Source: Candidatus Jordarchaeales archaeon | GTDB taxonomy: Archaea; Asgardarchaeota; Jordiarchaeia; Jordiarchaeales; Freyrarchaeaceae | Length of the DNA stretch: 32,000 nucleotides | Direction: 5' to 3' | Assembly (NCBI GenBank): GCA_038889235.1 | Contig: JAWAHN010000001.1 | Span: 914,499-946,498 of the forward strand | In this document: positions 7,836 through 17,103 of the stretch, piece by piece | Position numbering within the stretch: the first letter of the stretch is position 1 | Layout: each line of letters starts with the position of its first letter | The notes under the pieces: model-generated | Database searches by the model: none | Told to the model about the DNA's origin: nothing | What the model saw: the letters and a program-made list of their open reading frames with translations, nothing else | Translations under genes and position numbers: made by a program

Positions 7836-8298
7836 ACTTAATGCTTATCAGGTCTATAAAATGCTACCAGGGACTAACTGTCAAAAGTGCGGGGAGCCCA
7901 ACTGCATGGTTTTCGCCGTGAAGCTTCTAAAAGGTGAGAAAAAGCCGGAGGATTGCCCGCCTTTAGTGGGAGATGAAAAATATAAAGATAAATTCCAGAA
8001 GCTAAAGGAAATATTTCAGCCTAAGGATGCTGTAGCAGAAACGGGACTCATAATACACTTCGAAAAATGCACTGGCTGTGGAAACTGCGTTGTAGGATGT
8101 CCCGCAATAGCAGCAGAGTGCCCTCTTATAGGGAGTGGTAAGGGAGAAATTAGGGATAATGTGGTTTTTAGAGTGGAGAACGGTAAGATAAAAGTGGTTG
8201 ACCTTACGAAGTGTAGAAGGTATGGGCCGATAAAAACTTGCCGAGTATGTGAAATGTACTGTTTCAGCGGTGCGATAGAGTTGAGAACTGTAGCTTGA
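7828..8298 (+). CDS. Fe-S protein: N-terminal CdhE/RnfB-type FeS domain plus two [4Fe-4S] ferredoxin motifs (FwdH/G-like)
   Basis: LPGTNCQKCGEPNCMVFA...CPPL, CTGCGNCVVGCP and CRVCEMYCFSGAI. Confidence 0.8.
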   Translation: MSKLNAYQVYKMLPGTNCQKCGEPNCMVFAVKLLKGEKKPEDCPPLVGDEKYKDKFQKLKEIFQPKDAVAETGLIIHFEKCTGCGNCVVGCPAIAAECPLIGSGKGEIRDNVVFRVENGKIKVVDLTKCRRYGPIKTCRVCEMYCFSGAIELRTVA

Positions 8299-8318
8299 AA
8301 ACCAGAGGGTGAAAATCC

Positions 8319-9620
8319 TTGAGAGTTAGGACCGTGTGTACAGGATGCAGCCTCCTTTGCGACGACATTGTAGTTGACGTAGAAGGGGAGAAAGTAGTTT
8401 CTACTTTCAACCTTTGTGGGCATGGTGAAGAAAAGGTTCTGAGGGCTCGCAGCGAGGATCGGTTGCTAAAGCCATTCATAAGGGACGCAGATAAATTTAG
8501 AGAAGTTTCTCTTGATGAAGCAGCTGAAAAGGCGGCCGAAATAATGCTAGAAGCCGAAAGACCAGTTCTTTGGGGTTGGAGCTCCTCGTCGATAGAAGCA
8601 CAGATAGCGGGTATAGAGCTGGCGCACGAAATTAGAGGAGTTATCGACAATACAGGATCCCTTTGCCATGGAGCTACATGGTTTGTTGCCTCAGAAAGCG
8701 GGTTAGCAACAGCCACCCTAGGGGAAGTGATGAACAGAGCAGATGTGGTTGTTTATTGGGGAAGTGATCCAGGTCATTCGCATCCACGCCACTTGAGCCG
8801 CTACAGCCTTCTTCCTAGAGGAATTTACACGCAAAGTGGCTACGAACAGAGACGCGTCTACGTCTTTGATATAAGGAGAACGAGAGTGGGAAAAGTTGCG
8901 AACGTCTTAGTGGAAGTAGAACCAAATAAAGACTACGAGCTGATAGTAGCAATGCGCCTTATTTTGAGGGGAAAAAAGATTCAGCGGAGCAGCGTTGCAG
9001 GTGTTCCAGTTAAAACTCTTGAGAGGATCCTTCAGGAGTGGAAGGAGAGGAGTTTTGGCGCAGTTTTCTATGGTATGGGGTTATTGGCAAGCCGGGGTAA
9101 GTATCGGAATTTAGAGGCACTTTTCAGATTAGTATGGGACTTAAATGATTACACACGCTTTGTAGCTTTGCCCATGGCTGGACATTTTAACGCCACTGGG
9201 TTCAACCACACAGCGGCGTGGATTACAGGACACCCTTCGGGAGTGGACTTCAGTAAAGGTGAACCTTACCATAACCCTGGGGAAACAACTTTTGCCGAAA
9301 TGCTTCAAAGGGGCGAGATTGACGCTGCTCTAATAGTGGGTTCTAATCCAATGGCAAGCTTCCCAGTTAAACTCGCAAAGAAACTCGCCCGCATACCGCT
9401 AATAGTCGTCGACTGTTTCAAAACACTCACAGTGAAATATGCCACAGTGGCGATCCCCGCAGCTATAACAGGAGTGGAAACTGGGGGTGTAGCTTACAGG
9501 TTGGACTCTGTGCCAATAATCTTAAAGGAATTCCTTAAACCTCCTGAAGGTGTACGTGGTGACGCAGAGATCATTCGGCTTATAACTGAAAAAGTTAGGG
9601 AAAAGAAGAGGTTAAAGTGA
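8319..9620 (+). CDS. fwdB: Formylmethanofuran dehydrogenase subunit B (Cys form)
   Basis: CTGCSLLCDD, SLCHG (Mo/W Cys ligand), TLGEVMNRAD, HPRHLSRY and MAGHFN motifs. Confidence 0.92.
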   Translation: MRVRTVCTGCSLLCDDIVVDVEGEKVVSTFNLCGHGEEKVLRARSEDRLLKPFIRDADKFREVSLDEAAEKAAEIMLEAERPVLWGWSSSSIEAQIAGIELAHEIRGVIDNTGSLCHGATWFVASESGLATATLGEVMNRADVVVYWGSDPGHSHPRHLSRYSLLPRGIYTQSGYEQRRVYVFDIRRTRVGKVANVLVEVEPNKDYELIVAMRLILRGKKIQRSSVAGVPVKTLERILQEWKERSFGAVFYGMGLLASRGKYRNLEALFRLVWDLNDYTRFVALPMAGHFNATGFNHTAAWITGHPSGVDFSKGEPYHNPGETTFAEMLQRGEIDAALIVGSNPMASFPVKLAKKLARIPLIVVDCFKTLTVKYATVAIPAAITGVETGGVAYRLDSVPIILKEFLKPPEGVRGDAEIIRLITEKVREKKRLK

Positions 9621-10184
9621 GACCACCAGGAATTTTACCGTTAAGAAAGGATTGAAGGAAACGTGGCGCCTTAAAACACGTATGCCGTGATAATCTGGAG
9701 AGAAGAGAGCGAGAACCCCCACGTTCCGTCCGTAGAGAGATATGAGAAGCTGGGATAATTGCTTTAACTCTTCGGTTTGCCGTGCGAGAAGGCCGCGTGC
9801 ACGTGACATATATGATGTGAACATTAAGTTGCCGAGGAAAATTAGCAAAATAAACGCAACAGCTACTGAAGACAGCAAGGGAAAAATTATGGATGGAACG
9901 AGGGGGTAAATGATGGCAAGAATAAATGATGCGTAAATTATAAACAAAAGTAAGCGGAGAGGTGGGCTGCTTCTGTAAAAGTTCTGTATATTCTTTAACT
10001 CTTTCATAATTAGTTTGAGCTTACGGTGATCCACGTGTTGCCTTAAAAAGTTGTAGGATCGCTGAGTCAGCAGGATACTGGAAAAAACGGGAGGCCTAAG
10101 CGACGAAAAAGCATCCAATTCTTCTATTATTCGCCTTATGAAGGCAGCTTCTTCACTCATTTTTCTCACTCGTATAAACATCAC
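9612..10184 (-). CDS. Hypothetical membrane protein (about two TM helices)
   Basis: Long ORF filling the gap between genes, with a hydrophobic hairpin at about residues 77-123. Confidence 0.6.
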   Translation of the reverse strand: MMFIRVRKMSEEAAFIRRIIEELDAFSSLRPPVFSSILLTQRSYNFLRQHVDHRKLKLIMKELKNIQNFYRSSPPLRLLLFIIYASFILAIIYPLVPSIIFPLLSSVAVAFILLIFLGNLMFTSYMSRARGLLARQTEELKQLSQLLISLYGRNVGVLALFSPDYHGIRVLRRHVSFNPFLTVKFLVVSL

Positions 10185-10192
10185 CGATGCGA

Positions 10193-10714
10193 TTATTTTT
10201 CTGAAAAGGCCTCTAGATATTCTAAGGCTAGTCTCTTATAAGTTTCCACACCAGCCTTTATCGCTTCAACAGTTTCAGGAGGCAAAGTTTTCTTAACTTG
10301 CGCCGGTGCGCCAACTATGAGACTGTTTGGAGGAAATTCTTTTCCTTCAGTAATTACAGATCCTGCCCCGACTATGGAACATGGACCTATCTTAGCTTTG
10401 TTGAGTATTATACTCCCCATGCCTATTATTGTGTTGCTTCCTATCATGCAACCATGTAGGACTGAGTTGTGGCCGACTACAACGTTGTCGCCTATATAAC
10501 AGGGGCTGCCTGGATCCGCATGAATAGTCACGTTGTCTTGTATGTTTGTCCCTTCCCCGATCTCTATTAGTTCAAGGTCTCCACGTATAACAGCGCCAAA
10601 CCATATGCTAGCATTTCTCGCTATCCTAACGTTTCCTATTATGGTAGCATTGGGAGCGACAAAAACCGTCGGATCAAGCTGGGGTTTTTTCCCTCTGAAG
10701 GAATAAATGGGCAT
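10193..10714 (-). CDS. Gamma-class carbonic anhydrase / hexapeptide-repeat protein (PaaY/YrdA-like)
   Basis: VFVAPNATIIGNVRI, SIWFGAVIRGD, NIQDNVTIH and VGHNSVLHGC motifs. Likely start is ATG 10714. Confidence 0.9.
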   Translation of the reverse strand: MPIYSFRGKKPQLDPTVFVAPNATIIGNVRIARNASIWFGAVIRGDLELIEIGEGTNIQDNVTIHADPGSPCYIGDNVVVGHNSVLHGCMIGSNTIIGMGSIILNKAKIGPCSIVGAGSVITEGKEFPPNSLIVGAPAQVKKTLPPETVEAIKAGVETYKRLALEYLEAFSEK

Positions 10715-10764
10715 CTTTACACCCTCCATGGTGCAGGACGCGTTTAACACATTTAAGGGGGACA

Positions 10765-11679
10765 CTAATTGACGTTTTTCGTCTTCTTGAGGTAGTCGCT
10801 TATGGAGGTCAAAGTGGCACCCTTATCTTCTAGGAAGGTCAGTATGCTGCGAAGCAGGTATATGTTTTCCTGTATTTGACTCGCGGAAAGCCTGCAATTT
10901 GACGAAATCCTGTATGCAAGATGCCACGTGTGTGTTGCTATCACAAGTAATCCACCGTCATCGTTTTCCAGATAAGCACCCAGTATTCCTTTGAACTCAT
11001 CTATGCTTCTTCTCCCTTCATGCAAGGGCCAAGTGTAAAGTGACGCTTTCCTTTCCCCCAGAGGGTAAATTGGTAGTGGGATTTCGATGACCCTACGCCC
11101 AATAAGGTACGGGTGGGGGGGCTTAGAAGTCTCTAGTTGAATGGATGAATCGTATTTGTAATCTAGTCGTTCCAATAATTCGGCTATATCGAGAGGCACG
11201 GACAAGTACGGTGCTCTGAAGCCTACCGGCCTCACACCAATTATTTTCGTTATAGTTTCAGTCGCTTTCCTTAGAATAGCTAATTTTTTACGCGGTGGTA
11301 TGAGAACGCCAGTATATTTTCCGGAAAGGTCTTCATGATCCATTCCGTGGCAACCAATTTCGTTCTTCACTATCATGTCGATGAGAGACTCTTCCTGAGA
11401 CTTTATGTGCTTGAGCGCCCTAGCTTCGATAAAAAAAGTCGCTTTAATGCCTGTTTCTTCCAAAAGGTTGGCTAGTGCCTTCAACCCTTTGATTGTACAG
11501 TCGAAACTAGGTTTGCATGTTGGAGCGTAACTGGCTGCCTTTACCTTCTTGTCTACGGGGACTGGATAGTCGCGGTCTAGGTCCACCGTGAAGGCAACGA
11601 AGGTCATATTTGTCCCCCTGATGAGTTCTCCAGAAAACGAATATTTTTGAACATTTAAATCGATTATACTGAACACCAA
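10765..11679 (-). CDS. Polysaccharide deacetylase (NodB/CE4-like) family protein
   Basis: TVDLD, ATFFIE, EIGCHGMDH, GFRAPY and YDSS motifs. Confidence 0.8.
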   Translation of the reverse strand: MVFSIIDLNVQKYSFSGELIRGTNMTFVAFTVDLDRDYPVPVDKKVKAASYAPTCKPSFDCTIKGLKALANLLEETGIKATFFIEARALKHIKSQEESLIDMIVKNEIGCHGMDHEDLSGKYTGVLIPPRKKLAILRKATETITKIIGVRPVGFRAPYLSVPLDIAELLERLDYKYDSSIQLETSKPPHPYLIGRRVIEIPLPIYPLGERKASLYTWPLHEGRRSIDEFKGILGAYLENDDGGLLVIATHTWHLAYRISSNCRLSASQIQENIYLLRSILTFLEDKGATLTSISDYLKKTKNVN

Positions 11680-11757
11680 CTTAAACGGGATCTGGGCGAC
11701 GAGCGTACTCTTATAAACAAAACAGTCATAGTGACACTTAGAGAGGAGGTTTAAGTC

Positions 11758-12615
11758 TTGGTAGCAAAGATCATTGATGGACGCGCTATAGCAGCCGAAA
11801 TTAGAAAGCAGGTAGCTGAGGAAGCCAGACTACTTTGGGATCAATACGGCGTGCAACCAGGGTTAGCAGCAATTCTAGTGGGCAACGATCCCGCTTCGGA
11901 GGTTTACGTTGGACTGAAGCAAAAGGCTTGCGAGGAGGTCACGTTTGCTTTTAGGAAAATCTCGCTTCCAAGTGGGGTGAGCGAAGAAGATGTAATCGAA
12001 CATATTCAGAAACTTAACAATGACGATAGGATTCACGGAGTAATAGTTCAGCTTCCGCTACCACCACACTTGAACGAGAACAAAATAATATCGGCGCTTT
12101 CCCCCGAAAAGGACGTGGATGGACTCCACCCACTTAACATAGGACGCCTGCTAATAGGAGACGAAGGAATTACCCCATGCACACCCACGGGAATAATAAC
12201 TCTTCTAGAAAAAGAGGGAATTAGCCTGAGGGGGAAACACGTAGTTATAGTGAATAGAAGTAAGATAGTGGGTAGGCCTCTGATGGTTATGATGATAAAT
12301 AGAGATGCGACTGTTACTGTTTGCCACTCTAAAACCGTGAATCTTGAAAAGCATACTAGAGCGGCAGACATCTTAATTGTTGCTGTAGGGAAACCTAAGT
12401 TTATCTCAGAAGACATGGTGAAAGACGGGGCTATTGTCGTGGACGTAGGAATTAACAGAGTTGAAGGCCGAATAGTTGGCGACGTAGATTTCGAGAGGGT
12501 TAAAGAGAAGGCCGCAGCAATAACACCGGTTCCCGGCGGTGTAGGACCGATGACTGTGGCCATGCTTTTGAAGAACGTACTTAAAGCTGCTAAGAATAGC
12601 GTGAAAAGAGGCTGA
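11758..12615 (+). CDS. folD: Bifunctional methylene-THF dehydrogenase/cyclohydrolase
   Basis: IIDGRAIA, YVGLK, GVIVQLPLP, KDVDG, PCTP, RSKIVG and TPVPGGVGPMT motifs. Confidence 0.97.
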   Translation: MVAKIIDGRAIAAEIRKQVAEEARLLWDQYGVQPGLAAILVGNDPASEVYVGLKQKACEEVTFAFRKISLPSGVSEEDVIEHIQKLNNDDRIHGVIVQLPLPPHLNENKIISALSPEKDVDGLHPLNIGRLLIGDEGITPCTPTGIITLLEKEGISLRGKHVVIVNRSKIVGRPLMVMMINRDATVTVCHSKTVNLEKHTRAADILIVAVGKPKFISEDMVKDGAIVVDVGINRVEGRIVGDVDFERVKEKAAAITPVPGGVGPMTVAMLLKNVLKAAKNSVKRG

Positions 12616-12622
12616 GGAGGTT

Positions 12623-14161
12623 TTGATAATGAAAGTTAAACGTGCACTTATAAGTGTCTGGAATAAGGAGGGAGTATATAGAGTAGCTAAGAGGCTTCAC
12701 GAATTAGGTGTAGAAATAATTGCGACAGAAGGAACAGCCAGAGCTCTTGAAGGGTTGCCTGTGAAAAAGATATCTGAAATTACAGGGTTTGCTGATGTTC
12801 TAGATGGCAGAGTTAAGAGTCTACATCCTTACATTTATACAGCTATTTTAGCGAGAGAAAGAGAAAAGGACCTAGCTCAGCTTAGAGAAATGGGCGTAGA
12901 ACCTATAGACCTTGTGATTGTTAACCTTTACCCATTCAAAGAAGTGGCGGCGAAAAGTGAAAGCGTGGAATTACTCGTGGAGAACATAGATATTGGAGGA
13001 GTAAGCCTAGTTAGAGCGGCAGCGAAAAACTTTGAAAGAGTTGCTGTCGTCGTCGACCCAAACGATTACGACCTAATTCTCCACGAGCTGGAAACTTATG
13101 GTGAGATTCGGGAGGAAACTAGAAGGAGGCTGGCCGTAAAAGCATTTGCTTACACTTCAGATTACGATGAAACGATAATGCAAACACTCGCAAACAAGAT
13201 TTTAGAGAGGAAAGAGTTCCCAGACGTGTTCACATTGAAATTTGTCAAGGTTCAAGAGTTAAGATACGGTGAAAATCCTCATCAGAGTGCTGCCCTTTAC
13301 AGAGAAATAGGCTCTACACATACTGGAGTAGTCGATGCTGTGCAACTTCATGGAAAGATGCTGTCTTTTAACAACATTCTCGACCTAAATGCTGCTATTG
13401 AGGTGGTAAGAGAGTTTTCAAGACCTATGGCCGTAGTGATTAAGCATACAAACCCGTGCGGTGCGGCAATCGGAGAAACCATACGTGACGCATACGTTAA
13501 AGCCAGAGAAAGCGACCCAGTGTCAGCGTATGGAAGCATAGTCGGTTTAAACTGCGAAGTGGACTTGGAGACGGCGAAAGAGTTGACGTCAACATTCGTT
13601 GAAGCTGTCGTAGCCCCCAATTACACTGCTGAGGCTTTAGGGGAACTTAGGAGGAAGGAGGGGTTGAGAGTGCTCATGCTTCCCAGCCTCAAAAAACGCA
13701 CTGCGGGAATCGATTTTAGGAAGGTGACTGGAGGACTCCTCGTTCAAAACGAGGATCTAATAGAAGAAGACGCTTCAACCTTTAAGGTGGTTAGCAGTAG
13801 AGAGCCTACGGAAAAAGAGTGGCAAGACGCCTTGTTTGGGTGGAAAATAGTTAAGCATGTGAAATCGAATGCAATAGTAGTCTCTAACAAAGAGTGGATC
13901 GTGGGAGTAGGGGCGGGGCAGACGAGCAGGATAGACGCGGCGAAAATCGCCCTCGAAAAGGCGGGCGAGAGGGCGAGAGGAGGAGTACTTGCATCCGACG
14001 GTTTCATCCCATTCAGGGACACTGTCGACGAAGCAGCAAGAGCCGGGGTAACTTGCATCATACAGCCTGGAGGCTCGAAGAGGGATAACGAAGTCATAGA
14101 AGCAGCAAATGAACACGGTATTGCAATGATACACACTGGAATAAGACATTTCAAGCACTAA
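12623..14161 (+). CDS. purH: Bifunctional AICAR formyltransferase/IMP cyclohydrolase
   Basis: RALISV, GRVKSLHP, ENIDIGG, LRYGENPHQ, KHTNPCG, HVKSNAI, ASDGF and IIQPGGS motifs. Confidence 0.97.
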   Translation: MIMKVKRALISVWNKEGVYRVAKRLHELGVEIIATEGTARALEGLPVKKISEITGFADVLDGRVKSLHPYIYTAILAREREKDLAQLREMGVEPIDLVIVNLYPFKEVAAKSESVELLVENIDIGGVSLVRAAAKNFERVAVVVDPNDYDLILHELETYGEIREETRRRLAVKAFAYTSDYDETIMQTLANKILERKEFPDVFTLKFVKVQELRYGENPHQSAALYREIGSTHTGVVDAVQLHGKMLSFNNILDLNAAIEVVREFSRPMAVVIKHTNPCGAAIGETIRDAYVKARESDPVSAYGSIVGLNCEVDLETAKELTSTFVEAVVAPNYTAEALGELRRKEGLRVLMLPSLKKRTAGIDFRKVTGGLLVQNEDLIEEDASTFKVVSSREPTEKEWQDALFGWKIVKHVKSNAIVVSNKEWIVGVGAGQTSRIDAAKIALEKAGERARGGVLASDGFIPFRDTVDEAARAGVTCIIQPGGSKRDNEVIEAANEHGIAMIHTGIRHFKH

Positions 14162-14187
14162 GGCATTGTTCTCAAAAGAGGGGGAGG

Positions 14188-15363
14188 ATGCGCGCTCCAC
14201 TTGAAGGGATTACTGTATTAGACTTAACTAGGCTTCTCCCGGGGCCTTTCTGCTCGATGATTCTAGGGGACTTAGGGGCGGACGTTATAAAAATAGAGCC
14301 CGTTGGAGTAGGTGACTGGACTAGATGGGTTCCCCCATTTGTCAAAAATGAGAGCGCCATCTTTCTTTCTGTAAATAGAAATAAAAGAAGCATGACGCTG
14401 AACCTGAGAAGCGAAGAGGGACTCGAGATATTTTACAAGATGGTTGAGAAGAGTGACGTCATACTTGAGGGGTTTAGGCCCGGCATAACTAAAAAGCTCA
14501 GAATAGACTACGAGACTGTGAGGGAAATTAACCCCCGGATAATTTACTGCTCCATTTCCGGCTTCGGTCAAAGTGGTCCTTATGCCGGAAAGAGCGGACA
14601 TGACATCAATTACATAGGCATAGGAGGAATACTAGCCTTAACAGGTCTGAGAAACGAGACGCCCGTAGTCCCAGGGGTGCCTATAGCGGATCTAGCTGGC
14701 GGAATGGCTGGAGTATTCGGCATACTAGCAGCCCTTATCCTTAGGGAGAAAACTGGTGTAGGGATATACATTGATGTTTCAATGCTGGATGTTATTGTCT
14801 CGTGGCTTTCTATTTACGCCGGTATTTATCTTATCGGGGGTCTTAACATTAGTAGAGGAAGCAACATTTTAGCAGGAGCCATCGGAAGTTACGGTGTTTT
14901 TAAAACCAGGGACGGAAGGTACCTTACGCTTGGAATACTGGAAGAACATTTCTGGAAGAATTTCTGCAAGGCTGTGGAAAGACCAGACCTTGAAAATTAC
15001 CCCTATCTTTTGATTGAAAAAGGAGAAGAACTGCACAAAATAATACAAGAGATAATTGAAGGTAGGACGCTCGAAGAGTGGCTCAAAGTTTTCGAGGAAA
15101 ACGACGTACCATGCGGTCCGGTTAATGAAATATGCCAAGTTTTCCTTGATCCGCAGGTTTTGCACCGCGAAATGGTAGTCGAAGTAGAACATCCTAGAGC
15201 AGGAAAAATTAAACAAGTAAGATTTCCATTAAAGTTTTCCGAGGAGTGGTGTATGATAAGAAGGCCGCCACCTATGCTAGGAGAACACACGGAGGAAATC
15301 CTAAAGGAGCTGGGGTATAGTGTGGAAGAAATAGGAGAACTTAGGAGGAAAGGAGTAATCTAA
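14188..15363 (+). CDS. CaiB/BaiF family III CoA-transferase
   Basis: LPGPF, DLGADVIKIE, NRNKRS, EGFRPG, YCSISGFGQSGP, GHDINY and LGEHT motifs. Confidence 0.93.
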   Translation: MRAPLEGITVLDLTRLLPGPFCSMILGDLGADVIKIEPVGVGDWTRWVPPFVKNESAIFLSVNRNKRSMTLNLRSEEGLEIFYKMVEKSDVILEGFRPGITKKLRIDYETVREINPRIIYCSISGFGQSGPYAGKSGHDINYIGIGGILALTGLRNETPVVPGVPIADLAGGMAGVFGILAALILREKTGVGIYIDVSMLDVIVSWLSIYAGIYLIGGLNISRGSNILAGAIGSYGVFKTRDGRYLTLGILEEHFWKNFCKAVERPDLENYPYLLIEKGEELHKIIQEIIEGRTLEEWLKVFEENDVPCGPVNEICQVFLDPQVLHREMVVEVEHPRAGKIKQVRFPLKFSEEWCMIRRPPPMLGEHTEEILKELGYSVEEIGELRRKGVI

Positions 15364-15389
15364 AGGTCGCCGTCCTCAGGTGATGTGTT

Positions 15390-16373
15390 GTGAAGGCTGG
15401 GTCTGAGACTACGCTTATTCCGCCAAACGTGGCATTCATCCTAAAAAGGCAGAAATACCAGCTTGTTGGGAGGCATTCTGCTGTTAAACGCTGCCACTGG
15501 TTTTATAAGGCATTAACAGGAAGAGGCTACTGCTATAAGCAAGAATGGTATAATATTAAATCGCACAGATGCCTTCAAATGACGCCTTGCGCTATTTTTT
15601 GCACAAATCGATGTATACCTTGCTGGCGTTTAGAACCAGGAGATTTGGGCATTGAATGGGATCAAATGGCCATATTGAAGGAGGAAGTCGACGACCCAAA
15701 GGAGATAGTAGATGGGTGCATTGAAGCACAACGAAGAATACTCACAGGGTTTAACCCAGCACACCATCCGTTAGTAAGCGAAAAAAGGTGGAAAGAGGCT
15801 CTTGAACCTAAACATGCAGCTATAAGTTTAGCAGGCGAGCCAACACTTTACCCCAAAATAGGTGAATTAATAGAAGAGTTCCATAGAAGGGGAATGACCA
15901 CGTTCCTCGTGACGAATGGGACATTGCCTGACAGGCTGGCTGAAATAGAGGAGCCCACCCAACTTTATCTCACGTTATACGCTCCATCGGAGGAGATTTA
16001 TAAGAAAGTTTGCAGGCCCTTTTTGAGCGACGCATGGAATAGAGTCATTGAGAGTCTGACGTTAATAAGGAGTTTTAGTTGTCCCACCGTAGTGAGACTC
16101 ACCTTAGTTAAAGGGTTAAACTTCGTGGATCCTGAAGGCTACGCGAAGCTCATAGAATTAGCTGAGCCAACTTATGTTGAGTGCAAGAGCTACACTTCGG
16201 TAGGATTATCCCTTAGAAGGGGGCTTAACAGTAGCAATATGGTTGGGATCGATGAGCTGAGACCATTCGCGGAAAAAATAGGTGAGATTTTAGGGTACAA
16301 TGTTATAGGAGAGTCCGCCCCCAGTAAAGTCATACTCCTAAGTAAACTAAGCAAGCCCATAAAAGTAGCTTAG
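15390..16373 (+). CDS. taw1: 4-demethylwyosine synthase (radical SAM, TYW1/Taw1)
   Basis: HSAVKRCHW, CYK...SHRCLQMTP, CTNRCIPCWR, SLAGEPTLY and VTNG motifs. Confidence 0.95.
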   Translation: MKAGSETTLIPPNVAFILKRQKYQLVGRHSAVKRCHWFYKALTGRGYCYKQEWYNIKSHRCLQMTPCAIFCTNRCIPCWRLEPGDLGIEWDQMAILKEEVDDPKEIVDGCIEAQRRILTGFNPAHHPLVSEKRWKEALEPKHAAISLAGEPTLYPKIGELIEEFHRRGMTTFLVTNGTLPDRLAEIEEPTQLYLTLYAPSEEIYKKVCRPFLSDAWNRVIESLTLIRSFSCPTVVRLTLVKGLNFVDPEGYAKLIELAEPTYVECKSYTSVGLSLRRGLNSSNMVGIDELRPFAEKIGEILGYNVIGESAPSKVILLSKLSKPIKVA

Positions 16374-16458
16374 CTACGTGTTTTCGAGAAGTGAAGGCAA
16401 CTTTTAAGTGCTGCTTAGCCTTTCCGGTATGCTGAAAGCAGGCGAGGAGAGACCACGC

Positions 16459-17103
16459 ATGCGTAGTTTTAAAAACATCATTCTTGAAATAATAGAAGAG
16501 TTAGACGAACGGGATAAGATCAGGGAAAAAGTTTTGTCCCTTTCGAGAGAAGTTATAAGATACGCTGGCTTTGCCATAAGAGCAATGCACAGGGGGGAAC
16601 TGAGAGACGCCGAAGAAAAACTGAAAATGGCAGAGGAACTCTTAAGGGAAGCAGTAACAGCTACAGCGAGGTGCGAGGAATACGTCTATAAGGGATTTAT
16701 GACGACGGCTTTTCAAGAATATGTCGAGGCGCGCCTTCTCCATGCGTTTATCACCGGTAGGGAACTTCCTTCACCGCGTGAACTAGGGGTTCCTAGCATC
16801 CCGTACCTAATGGCGCTGGGAGACTTTGTCGGCGAGCTAAGGCGCAATGCACTGATATGCATGAAAGATGGAAAATTCGAGGATGCAGAGAAAGCACTTG
16901 AGTTGATGGAAGAAGTGTATATGAACATGATGCTTATTGATTATCCTGAAATGTCATCTTTGGGGTTTAGGCAAAAATGCGACTTCGCCCGCAGCCTCCT
17001 GGAGAGAACTAGAGCGGAGTTACTTCTCGTGTCGCAAGAAGCTAAACTAGCGGAAATGATAGAAAGACTCTTGAAAGAAAGGGATGAGAAACATGAGGTT
17101 TAA
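16459..17103 (+). CDS. Archaeal translin/Trax (C3PO-like) protein
   Basis: REKVLSLSREVIR, QEYVEA and YLMALGDFVGELRR motifs. Likely start is ATG 16459. Confidence 0.85.
   Translation: MRSFKNIILEIIEELDERDKIREKVLSLSREVIRYAGFAIRAMHRGELRDAEEKLKMAEELLREAVTATARCEEYVYKGFMTTAFQEYVEARLLHAFITGRELPSPRELGVPSIPYLMALGDFVGELRRNALICMKDGKFEDAEKALELMEEVYMNMMLIDYPEMSSLGFRQKCDFARSLLERTRAELLLVSQEAKLAEMIERLLKERDEKHEV

Noticed and set aside
8319-9620. Selenocysteine or pyrrolysine recoding in fwdB or other genes
   Set aside because: FwdB has an ordinary Cys codon, and the only in-frame stops needing explanation are those resolved by the queE introns.
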